Positions 26,833 to 37,874 of a stretch of DNA of 64,000 nucleotides are shown here, one piece after another. Location: positions 112,778,001-112,842,000 of the forward strand of contig NC_042998.1 in the NCBI RefSeq assembly GCF_006345805.1, written 5' to 3'. Under the pieces are notes generated by a model. It saw only the letters and a program-made list of their open reading frames with translations, was not told where the DNA came from and did not search any database. How positions within the stretch are numbered: position 1 is the stretch's first letter; each line of letters opens with the position of its first letter. Source of the stretch: Octopus sinensis. Lineage: Eukaryota. Position numbers and translations under genes: made by a program.

Positions 26833-28940
26833 TTGTATGTTATGAAACTTACAGGTAAGATAGAACTACTATTTTGGAATTCATCTTTGAAGGATATTCC
26901 AATACCCCCTAGGAAAGAATTTATTTTGAAACTTATTAATAATATTAAGGATTTTGTTTCTTGGGTTAAATGGAAAGCCTACTGTTATAACTGTAATATA
27001 TCTAATTTTAACGATATTATGAATACATATGATTTTAATTCTAAATTTAAATCTAAAAATGAACCCCCATATAATAGAGATTTACAGGTCTTAGAAGATA
27101 ATATTTGGAAGGTGGTGAAAAATATTAAATTTCATAAATACCCAAACAGACATAATGAATATTTAAGAAATTTAGCTATTAGAATTAAAGAAATGAGAAA
27201 TATGGATGGTATTATTGTACAATCAGATAAAACTAGGAATCTATACAAACTGGATGTTAAATTATATGATAACCTTTTAGAGAAAGAGATAATTAAAAAA
27301 TATAAAATTGTTATAGAAAGTACACTTCATACTATAAACAAGGCCTCTAAATTAGTAATGATGAATTATAAGTTGGATAATAAAACTGAACCTTATGTAC
27401 CTATGCACCCTAGAATTACTTTGAAAGACCATAAAGTTAGATTAATTTGTCCATGTAAATCAAACCTTGGTAAATTGAGTAAATTAATTTTTGATAAATA
27501 AATTAAATAAATTAAACTACCTAAACTTATGGACTAGTAATAATAATACTCATATAAAGAATCTTGCAAACCAAATCCAAAAACAAAATTTATTTAGATG
27601 TTTATTTAATTAATATTATATTAATGAATTTTAATTACATTATAGTTTTTAAATTAATTTAGTTTATTAATTAGTGATCATAATATAGATAATGATTGAA
27701 TTACTACTGAGTTAATATTGAATGTGTCTAAAAGTTATTTTATTTAAACAATGATTTGACTCCAACGTAACCATATTTTTTTTATATATATGAAATAAAT
27801 TAATTTTTATAAGATTTTTAGAGTATATACAGTAAATGGTAGTTATATAAATTATTTTAATTTATAGAGTTTTGAGTATAATTTATTGTAGTTAATTCTA
27901 AATTTTAGTTTTATAGTGAAAGATATTATAGTGTATAGTGATTATATTCTCTATTAGTGACTTTGTTCTCTTTATCTATTAAAGCTAAAATATAGTTGTA
28001 GTTTTCATTGATAAAATATATTCATAGTTTTCATTGATAAAATATATTCGTAGTTTTCATTGTTAAAAGAATTTTTCTATCTGTTTGTTCTATTTCTGTT
28101 AATAACGTAATTCCACAAATTTTCTTTTCTGTTTTGAAATTTTAGTTAATGACACAGTTTTCGAGAGTTATGTAAACTTTTTTATTTAAGAAATTTTATT
28201 GTATTCTATATAACTATTGATTGTTAAATTTGAATCTATTATGTATATTTATTTAATTATTATTAGTATATAATTATTATAACTGTACGTAAATTTTAAG
28301 ATATCGGTTAGTCACTGTGGTATATAGATCATAAAATAGTCAAATGATTTTTTAAAGATAGGTTATACATTTTTAATTTGATTTTTAATTTTTAAATTGT
28401 ATTTCATAAATATATTCTATAGATATTTATAATATTTATGTAAGTAATAATGGACTAATTTATTTATTTTTGGTTATATGTTTATATATTTATTGATAGA
28501 GGAAATTTTAGATTTTTAATTACTATATTTGTTGATTATAATTTAGATACTTATTTTTATGTATTTATTATTTTATAATTATTAGAGGTGAACTTAAATC
28601 TAAAAATATTAATAGCGATTATTTTGTTAAATAATTTGTTAATTAAATATTGGAGTATAACTGAGTTAAAGATATTCGATAGTTTATGTTTTTTTAAAGC
28701 CAAATTATATCTTCAAAGATAAATACATATTTCTATCTATTTTTTTATCTTAAAAATTAAATATTTAACATAATAAATGGGTTGTAGGAAATAATCCTAA
28801 TGTTTTAAGTTTCTAATTTAGTTAATGGAATTTTTTTCTATAAGAAAAATTATTATTTTATTTATTTCTTAAATAAATATTGTTTAACTCTATTTGCTTA
28901 TTTATTTAACTATTTATCATTAACCTGAAGATTGACTATA
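26833..28940 (+). mobile_element. Penelope-like element (same YRDD-type family): intact 5' ORF part, heavily degenerate 3' part
   Basis: 222-aa ORF with SSLKDIPIP, WVKWKAY, QSDKTRNLYKL, ITLKDHKVRLICPCKSNLGKLSK. After 27501 only traces remain (LWTSN; F..NYY-like), in a very T-rich, C-poor sequence. The 3' extent is uncertain. Confidence 0.75.
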
Positions 28941-30480
28941 ATTTTAAATCAAATTTATTTCAATTGAATTTAAACTTAATTGTAATTCAAATTCAATTGT
29001 AGCCATGAAACGTACATTTTTTTTTTTACTTATTATATTATATATTGATCATTCATTTTTATACTTTTTGTTATTTGGTCAGATACTTAATATATTGTTT
29101 TTATTACGGTATTTTATACAACTTAACTTTTACAACAAGTTTAAATGGAGAGATCAAGCTGAATGCTTGGATTCACATTACTTTAACGGTTTATTTACAC
29201 GGTGAATTTTGATTTCTGTATCTTCCGTAAATCACTTCTTTTTTCTATACCTTAAATGTTTGTCAAATGAGTTTGCTTAGTTTCTATTTCTTTCGAAAGC
29301 TTTGTCTGAATACTTTCCAACCTTTGCCAAATATTAATCCTAATGTTTTTTACCCTTTTAGGCCATTTTTTTTTTATACATTAGGAATTACCCTTTCAGG
29401 CCTTTTTCTACATATTAAGAATTAGAATAGTTTTCAATTTAATGGTTTATAATACTATTTTTTTAGTTATTAGTATGTATGTGTATGTATATATATATAT
29501 ATATACATATATGTGTAAGTGGGTGTTTATAGGTATGTGTATATATGTATGCATGTATATGTATGTATGTATGTATGTATATAAGTGTGTATTTATGTGC
29601 TTATGTTTATCTATGTGTACATATGTGTATTTTAACCAACCAACCGTAACTAAGACAATGAAATTCAAATGTGCCAACCAATTGAATTGAGCTTGAGATT
29701 GTAAATAATCTATCAGCCCGTTAAGACCTATCACTCACCTATTGATCTGCGAACTATATGTATGTACATGCATATATAATTTTTGTATGATGTAAAAGGA
29801 TAATATCCCTTTATATATGTATATGTATTAATGGATGCTTTCGCGCATGTATGCATGTGCATGTATTTGGTACCTGTGTGTATATATATGTATGTAGATT
29901 TAGACTAAAGTTTCGATTTTCGCTGTATGATATATGAATATAATGACATTGTATATTGTTTTGCATTATTTTATTATATTGAATTAATTAATTTACTGGC
30001 ATCTCCCATATGCATCTGTCTATATATTAGGTTATACTATATTATATATTGCATATTTAATATGTAATATAATATATTATATTTTATTATGTTGTGTTAC
30101 ACTGTATTATATTATACTATATTTTATGTGGTATCTTCCATCTACTATGTATTGTGAATAGCAGAATGCACATATTCCTTTATTGGAATTATTAATAATA
30201 ATAATGATATTAATAGTTTTTAGTAATGTAATACAATGAACTTTGGACTTTGTATATGTACACTTTGATGTGGATATATATATATATATGTATATTCCAG
30301 TATATAGATCTGATTAACTGTAACCTTATGTGTATGTATATTATTATTATGTATATACTTATATATATGTATATGTAGGTGTATATACACTTATGTGTAT
30401 ATGTATATATGCATATTGTATATGTGTACCTTCTTTAATATTCATATTTGCATTTTATATCTTTATAATTGTACTTTATA

Positions 30481-30606
30481 ATCTCTGACGAGGCCTGGAG
30501 ATATATATATAAGTAACTCATTTTTAACTGCATATTACCTCAATACATCTGACTAATATGGGCATAATGAGATACTCTTATCTACAGGCTGAAACAGCTG
30601 TAAGAT
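30481..30606 (+). ncRNA. PLE-type hammerhead ribozyme motif with long stem II insertion
   Basis: ATCT-CTGACGA-GGCCTGGAGATA...TATCTACAGGCT-GAAA-CAGCTG-TA-AGAT; palindromic ACAGCTGT stem III; 11 of 12 stem II pairs. Confidence 0.72.
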
Positions 30607-30719
30607 CCATTTTATATGTATTATTCTTATGGTATTATCTTACTTATTGATGTATATTGTTTTATTCTGTATTATTCTGTTGGATTTGGATGTTCCTATT
30701 TAATCTAAATAATTAGTTA

Positions 30720-30783
30720 ATAAATTATATGAATTGGTATTATCTGTAAGTCGATGACTGAAAGAATCTATTCCTCCATTTTC

Positions 30784-30862
<79 letters not shown>

Positions 30863-31028
30863 GTATGTGTGTATGTATATGTATATATATATATATATAT
30901 ATATACATATACATACACACATACATACATATATATATATATATATAATATATATATATATATAAATAAGAAAATGGAGGAATAGATTTCTTTCAGTCAT
31001 CGACTTACAGATAATACCAATTCATATA

Positions 31029-31032
<4 letters not shown>
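30720..31032. repeat. Foldback: approximately 68-bp inverted repeat around a TA/TG microsatellite
   Basis: taaattatatgaattggtattatctgtaagtcgatgactgaaagaatctattcctccattttcttatt versus its reverse complement at about 30966-31032. Confidence 0.9.
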
Positions 31033-31085
<53 letters not shown>

Positions 31086-31242
31086 TACAACGCACTTCTT
31101 TCAGTTTCCATCTACCAAATCCACTCACAAGGCTTTGGTCAGCCCAACGCTATAGTAGAAGACACTTGCGCAAGGTTCCACGCAGTGGGACTGAACTGAA
31201 CCCGGTACCATGTGGTTCGTAAGCAAGCTACTTACTACACAC

Positions 31243-31504
31243 CCACTTCTACACCTTGAAACACTCACAGAGGCAATGACAAGAGATTGAGACCTTTGGC
31301 GATTTGCTGTGCTTGAGAAGACACATCAAGCCAAGTGAAATCATCATCATAGCCAGTGCTGGTGACATGTAAAAGACATTTGTGCCAGTGACACTTAAAA
31401 GGCACCCACAAGATTCTTGGAGTGATTGGCATTAGGAATGGCATCCTGTTGTAGAAGTGAAGCTAAATCAGATTGGAGCCTGGTACAGCTCTCCAGATTA
31501 CCAG
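31243..31504 (+). repeat. Approximately 260-bp local direct repeat, copy 1 (RTE 3'UTR-derived)
   Basis: Near-identical to 32587-32848, including idiosyncratic variants (acaagattcttggagtgattggcattaggaatggcatcctgttgtagaag). Confidence 0.9.
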
Positions 31505-32168
31505 TCCTGGTCAAACTATCTAACCCATGCCAGCATGGAAAACAGATGCTAAATGATGACGATGATGATGAAGATGACACTGTTGTAAGAAATACAGAAA
31601 TATGGTAAGGAGAGTGTTAAAAAAGAAAGAAAGAGACACTGAAATATCAAGTTGTTTAGGCTCAGGTCAGCCATGACCGAACAAACCTATGACCAAAAGC
31701 TAAGGCAATCCTAACATTTTTTTTTGTCTTTCAAGTGCAGTGTATTTTTATAGTTTAGTCAAAAAAGAAAGGTGGCAGTCATTTTTGAGAGCATTTTAAA
31801 CTAAAAGGAGGAAGTTATTCTCAGAACATAGAATTGGTCCAAACACTCGCATTAAAATGGACTTTAATGAATGTGCCCAAGGGTCATACTGAGGTGTTGA
31901 ATCAAGCAAAAGAGATTAATTTTGCCAACAAAAACTAGGAAAAGCTCCCTTGACAAAATTAATCAAATTTTACTGACAAAGTTTTAGTCAACCCAAAGTT
32001 ATATTACAAAATTCTTGCCTTAAGGTGCTGTGCAGTGGGATTGAGCCAACACCAGATGCAAAGCAAGATTCTTAACAATACAGCCATATCAGTACCCTAT
32101 TTAATAACAAAAAAAATAAGAAATAAAAATCAATGTTACACCCCAAAACAATAGCTGAAAAGGCTTAC

Positions 32169-32254
32169 ATTTCTGACATCTCTCTGAAATCCTGATGACC
32201 ATTTCGTCCATAATTCATCTCCAGAAAGCTTGCGGTGAAAATATTTAACTCCAT
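32169..32254 (-). CDS. NOL8 C-terminal-like gene, exon
   Basis: tttctttgttgtcttatag| and AAT|GTAAGC; 86 nt, phase 1 to 0; DGVKYFHRKLSGDELWTKWSSGFQRDVRN, similar in position and pattern to the recalled penultimate NOL8 segment (G..F.R......W). Confidence 0.78.
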
Positions 32255-32586
32255 CTATAAGACAACAAAGAAATACAAATTATGGTATTGGTGTTGTTTA
32301 GCCCCAGGTGAACCCTGACTGAGCAAGACTATTATCAAATGCATTCATACCATGACCATCAAGTGGGCATCTTTTTTTTAAGCTATATTCTCAAGATTAC
32401 ATCACTCTAATTACACATACCTCCTCTTCTTAAGACAGCAAGATATAATTTCTAGGTTGAAAAATCACAAAAGACCAACAAGAAAGCCTTCACACAGTCA
32501 CATGATCTACTAGAAATAGCCATCAAATTCCCCTAAAATTCACACTGTACCATCTTAAAAAAATGACAAGACTTATGACTAGCATG

Positions 32587-32848
32587 CCACTTCTACGCCT
32601 TGAAACACTCACAGAGGCAATGACAAGAGATTGAGACCTTTGGCGATTTGCTGTGCTTGAGAAGACACATCAAACCAAGTGAAATCATCATCATAGCCAG
32701 TGCTGGTGACATGTAAAAGACACTTGTGCCAGTGACACATAAAAGGCACCCACAAGATTCTTGGAGTGATTGGCATTAGGAATGGCATCCTGTTGTAGAA
32801 GCGAAGCTAAATCAGACTGGAGCCTGGTACAGCTCTCCAGATTACCAG
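32587..32848 (+). repeat. Approximately 260-bp local direct repeat, copy 2
   Basis: Near-identical to 31243-31504. Confidence 0.9.
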
Positions 32849-33086
32849 CAACAACAACCACAACTACATTGGCATGGAAGTAGGAAAACAAATTTGCTGA
32901 ATAGTATTTATTACAGAATTCATAAGATCACTGAAAGATATTATTTCTTATGGGCCAAACACTAACACATTTTAGTATTTTCTTGTTTTATGGTTTTATT
33001 GCAATTTTCTCATGCTTGTGTGGCTAGGGTCAATCATCTATTTTTACAGTTGAAGTATCCATATTTTAAAGAAAAATCTGTTGGCA

Positions 33087-33158
33087 GCCAGCCAATGAGA
33101 CTCGAACTCACATCCCTATGATTATGTGTCCAGTGCTTTACCATTAAGCTAAACTGAC
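33087..33158 (-). pseudogene. tRNA-like cloverleaf (pseudogene or SINE head)
   Basis: GTCAGTT-TA-GCTT(AATGGTA)AAGC-A-CTGGA(CACATAA)..-GTGAG(TTCGAGT)CTCAT-..GGCTGGC; D and T arms pair, anticodon stem disrupted. Confidence 0.6.
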
Positions 33159-33377
33159 CCAACGACAAATTTTTCTGCAAATTTAGGATATATAAATCTA
33201 GCTTTATAAGACACTATTGTATGTTGAAAGTCAACAAACAAACTTTGCTTTAGAAATGTTGAGATGTATTGAAAGATACAGATAAGGAAATAATTTTATT
33301 CTCAAACGTAGGATAATGCTAATAATATAGCATGAACAGGATAACCTATCCATATTTTGCAGAAAAATCTGTTGGCA

Positions 33378-33440
33378 GCCCGCCATGAGACTCGAACTCA
33401 CATCCTTGTGATTACACGTCCAGTGCTTGACCATTAAGCA
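33378..33440 (-). pseudogene. Second, 5'-truncated copy of the tRNA-like element
   Basis: GCTTAATGGTCAAGCACTGGACGTGTAATCAC..GATGTGAGTTCGAGTCTCAT followed by the same tail CCAACAGATTTTTCT...ATATGGATA. Confidence 0.6.
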
Positions 33441-33454
33441 TAAATATATATATA

Positions 33455-35215
33455 TATCATCATCATCATCATCATCGTTTAACGTCCGTTCTCCATGCTA
33501 GCATGGGTTGGACGGTTCGACCGGGGATCTGGGAAGCCAGAAGGCTGCACCAGGCTCCAGTCTAATCTGGCAATGTTTCTACAGCTGGATGCCCTTCCTA
33601 ACGCCAACCACTCCGTGAATGTAGTGGGTGCTTTTTACGTGCCACCTGCACAGGTGCCAGGTGAGGCTGGCAACGGCCACGGTCGGATTGGTGTATTTTA
33701 TGTGCCACCGGCACGGAAGCCAGTCGAGGCGGCGCTGGTATCGGCCACGAGTCGGATAGTGCTTTTTACGTACCACCAGACCAGGGATCCTGGCTGGTTC
33801 AATTCGATTTCGATTTCGCTTGCCCCAACATGTCTTCACAAGCAAAGGGGGTTGGCATGAGTGCCTGTCGTACGGTCGGATTGGAGTATTTTACGTGCCA
33901 CCGGCACGGAAGCCAGTCGAAGCGGCGCTGGCATCGGCCACGAGTCGGATAGTGCTTTTTACGTACCACCAGACCAGGGATCCTGGCTGTTCAATTCAAT
34001 TTCGATTTCGCTTGCCCCAACATGTCTTCACAAGCAAAGGGGGTTGGCATGGGTGCCTGTCATACGGTCGGATTGGAGTATTTTACGTGCCACCGGCACG
34101 GAAGCCAGTCGAGGTGGCGCTGGCATCGGCACGAGTCGGATAGTGCTTTTTACGTACCACCAGACCAGGGATTCTGGCTGGTTCAATTCGATTTCGATTT
34201 CGCTTGCCCCAACATGTCTTCACAAGCAAAGGGGGTTGGCATGGGTGTCTGTCGTACGGTCGGATTGGAGTATTTTACGTGCCACCGGCACGGAAGCCAG
34301 TCGAAGCGGCGCTGGCATCGGCACGAGTCGGATAGTGCTTTTTACGTACCACCAGACCAGGGATCCTGGCTGGTTCAATTCAATTTCGATTTTGATTTCG
34401 CTTGCCCCAACATGTCTTCACAAGCAAAGGGGGTTGGCATGGGTGCCTGTCGTACGGTCGGATTGGAGTATTTTACGTGCCACTGGCACGGAAGCCGGTC
34501 GAAGCGGCGCTGGCATCGGCCACAAGTCGGATAGTGCTTTTTACGTACCACCAGACCAGGGATCCTGGCTGGTTCAATTCGATTTCGATTTCGCTTGCCC
34601 CAACATGTCTTCACAAGCAAAGGGGGTTGGCATGGGTGTCTGTCGTACGGTTGGATTGGAGTATTTTACGTGCCACCGGCACGGAAGCCAGTCGAAGCGG
34701 CGCTGGCATCGGCCACGAGTCGGATAGTGCTTTTTACGTACCACCAGACCAGGGATCCTGGCTGGTTCAATTCGGTTTCGATTTCGATTTCGCTTGCCCC
34801 AACATGTCTTCGCAAGCAGAGGGAGTTGGCATGGGTGCCTGTCTCGGATGAGGTTCTATATCGACTTCGCTTGCCTCAACAGGTCTTTGTGTCCAAGGGA
34901 GGAAAGGCATTCATAAGTGGGCTGGGCTCACTTGTCCTGCCTGGTCTTCTCACGTACAGAATATTTCCAAGGTCTCGGTCGCTGGTCATTTCCTCAGTGA
35001 GGCCTAAAGTTCGAAGATCGTGCTTCACCACCTCGTCCCAGGTTTTCCTGGGTCTACCTCTTCCACGGGTTCCCTCAACTGCTAGGGATTGGCACTTTCT
35101 CACACACCTATCTTCATCCATTCTCGCCACATGACCATACCAGCGCAATCATCTCTCTTGCACACCACAACTGATGCTTCTTAGGTACAACATTTCTCTC
35201 AAGGTGCTAACGCTC
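33455..35215 (-). mobile_element. RTE LINE 3' end with internally amplified 3'UTR and (GAT)n tail
   Basis: MRWYGHVARMDEDRCVRKC...GRGRPRKTWDEVVKHDL (34876-35148), then UTR motifs and AAACGATGATGATG tail at 33458-33480. Confidence 0.85.
33680..34845. repeat. Tandem array, six copies of an approximately 190-198 bp unit
   Basis: Unit starts (acggtcggattgg..tattttacgtgcc) near 33680, 33871, 34064, 34255, 34453 and 34645. Confidence 0.92.
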
Positions 35216-35270
35216 TGTCGATATATATATATATATATATATATACTGCCATCTCTAACAGATGAAGTGT

Positions 35271-35320
35271 CCAGTACTGAAGAAAGGTAGAAATATCTTG
35301 AAACCAAACTGGTATGCTGG
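35271..35320 (+). ncRNA. Type I hammerhead ribozyme motif
   Basis: CCAGTA-CTGAAGA-AAGGTA(GAAA)TATCTT-GAAA-CCA(AAC)TGG-TA-TGCTGG: all three stems pair, core intact, GUA cleavage triplet. Confidence 0.85.
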
Positions 35321-37399
35321 TCCCATCACTTGAAGTTGGTAAAGACTCGTTCCCTTGCTTGCAATATATCGGATACAGCTGTGCATTGTTAACCAGCTAG
35401 AGGGGATGGCCTCTTGGGGTTAAAAAATTGCAGTAAAGTCCATTCGAACGGAACAGCCATGTTGAAATGGCTACAAACATTTCATGCTAATACAACAACT
35501 GTGATCATCTCTTAGAGAGATTTTAGAACTAGCTTTTTAGCTTGTAGCAAAATCAGCAACTATGTGTCACTTGAATTTATATATATATCAAGTAGAGGCA
35601 AGCTGCTGCAATCTCTCACAGACTCGGTTTTTTCCTCAGTTATGCGTCAATACGGGGCAGAAAATTTCTGAATTTTTGTGAACTGCAAACCTTTATAGGT
35701 TATTTTTGAAAATTTTTTCTCTTGTCATTTGTGACATGGTTCTCTTGTCTTTTGAGACAAGTTCTAAATTATGGAGTATGACCTCATGTCCAATAATGAT
35801 TTTCCCGAGATGGGAGGAAGTAAAAACAACAACGAAAATAAAAAGGACACCCAGGAAAAACAAAGTTTTTCGCCACTGTAGGTGCCAATGTCATCGAACT
35901 GGAAGTAGCCATGGACAAGCTCTTCCAGTTCAGAAAATTAATTGAAAAAACCGGAGAAGAAACTAAGTTAATACTGCCCCAGGAAACTGTTCAGGTGATT
36001 CGTGAAAAAACTGTCATCTACAAAGTTTACAGTATAAAGGAGAAAAGAATCACCGAAGTAAAAAATGAAGTCATCAGATGGTGCATAGCACCAGTATGGA
36101 ACAAGATTCGCTACATTAGCCGAGGTGTAAGAAGTGCCACAATAGAAGCACATTTGAGTCAGCTAATGTAGCAAAAGAAATTTTGACTCAAACATTGAAG
36201 AGCGAAGAGATTATGTTGCTGCCAACATATTTGGGTCGTCGAATGGCGAAAGTGATGGTTGAGGAGATACCTGTTGGTTACAAAGTCATGTGGATAGTGG
36301 CAGCAGTAATATTTGGCATCGAAGGGAAACTAACAATCCTGAGCATGAGGAAAAAGGAACCAACAAACTGGAGAGGACAAACGCTGGAAATGATCATACA
36401 AGCAGATAACCAAACACTAGAAAATTTGCCCGATAGAGTCTTTTTGTGGGGGAGGGGCATACAATTTGTGTGCCAATGGAGGGACGTAGGCCCAGGTGGG
36501 CAGAAGGGCCATGTTCACTCTACCTGCATGAAGAAAAGAACAGTTGAGGTCCCTCCTCAAAATGTAGAGAAAAATACAGAGAAAAAGAAACAGGAGAATG
36601 CAGCACTAACAAAAGAAAATAACGAAAAAAAGCAAAATGAAAAACAGAAGGATGGAAAGAAACAAAATGAAAAACAGAATGAAGAACAAAAGGAAGAAAA
36701 AAACAAACAAAAGAAAATGAACAAGTAGATATGGATTACACAACAGTTACCTACAAATGGAAAAAAGAAAGCACCCCGAACTCCCCTCCCCAAACAAAAA
36801 GAAAAACTACAAACACCAACGAACAACGCCAAAAAATTCCCCAATCCCACCCAGCTGGCACTACAATTATAGGGCAGCATTTCAACATACCCCATCCTTC
36901 AACACTAAAAGGTTTAAAAAAAACTAACAGGATTGTTGCTTTTGAAGTTAAAAATGAAAAGGTGTTACGCTTTATTAAAGCAAACCAATGTATTAAATTT
37001 TTTAAAGTGACAAAGAGTCTGACATTCGTTATGCCAAAGTCGGAGAGGAGTGGAAAGGAAGTATTGGGGAAGCAGGCAGACAAAAACTGCCATGTTCCCT
37101 CTTACAACCATAAGTATATCTGTTTTCTTTCTTCGATGATTAAGTTAGGTTAATCATTGAAGAATGAAAAAACTAGTTGCTGGACATTATAGGCTGCCGG
37201 GTTCATTTTTTGAACCTGCTGTTTTGATCTCTAGTTTTAATTTTAAAAAGAACATGAAAGTTCTTATTTTAAAGGCAAAAGTAAGCCAATTATTCGTTTA
37301 TTTCTCATTATAATTAAATTTTTAAAAGTTTCATTCTAACTCATATAACATTTTTGTATTTGTTTGTCTTGTTATGTCCTTTTCTATGTGTGATCAGTT

Positions 37400-37600
37400 T
37401 ACTCTTTTACTTGTTTCAGTCATTTGACTGCGGCCATGCTGGAGTACCGCCTTTTTTTAGTCAAGCAAATCGACCCCAGGACTTATTCTTTGTAAACCTA
37501 GTACTTATTCTATCGGTCTCTTTTGCCGAACCACTAAGTAACGGGGACGTAAAAATACCAGCATCGGTTGTCAAGTGATGTTGGGGGGACAAACACACAC
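37400..37600 (+). mobile_element. Interspersed SINE-like repeat (family C)
   Basis: tttacttgtttcagtcatttgactg.ggccatgctggag...ggacttattctttgtaa.cctagtacttattct..; a second copy at about 26535-26730. Confidence 0.8.
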
Positions 37601-37614
37601 ACATATACATATAT

Positions 37615-37775
37615 ATACGACAGGCTTCTTTCAGTTTCCATCTACCAAATCCACTCACAAGGCTTTGGTCGGCCCGAGGTTATAGTAGAAGACACTTTCC
37701 CAAGGTGCCACGCAGTGGGACTGAACCCGGAACCGTGTGGTTGGTAAGCAAGCTACTTATCACACAGCCACTCCT
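37615..37775 (-). mobile_element. tRNA-derived SINE (family B)
   Basis: Reverse strand: tgtg.taagtagcttgcttaccaaccac..ggttccgggttcagtcccactgcgtggcaccttggg.aagtgtcttctactata. Other copies at about 24480-24600, 31085-31245, 42960-43135, 45810-45960 and 61860-61960. Confidence 0.8.
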
Positions 37776-37824
37776 TTGCCTAGTTTGATCATAATAAAGA
37801 TTTTATCTCTAGAAGACGAGGTGT

Positions 37825-37874
37825 CCAGTACTGAAGAGAGACAGAAATAGCTTGAAACCAGACTGGTATGCTGG
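37825..37874 (+). ncRNA. Type I hammerhead ribozyme motif (second copy)
   Basis: CCAGTA-CTGAAGA-GAG(...)CTT-GAAA-CCA(GAC)TGG-TA-TGCTGG; core and stems I and III intact, stem II reduced to about 3 bp. Confidence 0.72.

Noticed and set aside
33087-33158. Functional tRNA-Met(CAT) gene
   Set aside because: The anticodon stem is disrupted, position 32-33 is CA rather than CT, there is an extra base before the 3' acceptor strand, and the sister copy has a different anticodon.
33680-34845. Possible CRISPR-like array
   Set aside because: Whole units repeat with no unique spacers, the context is eukaryotic, and there are no cas genes.
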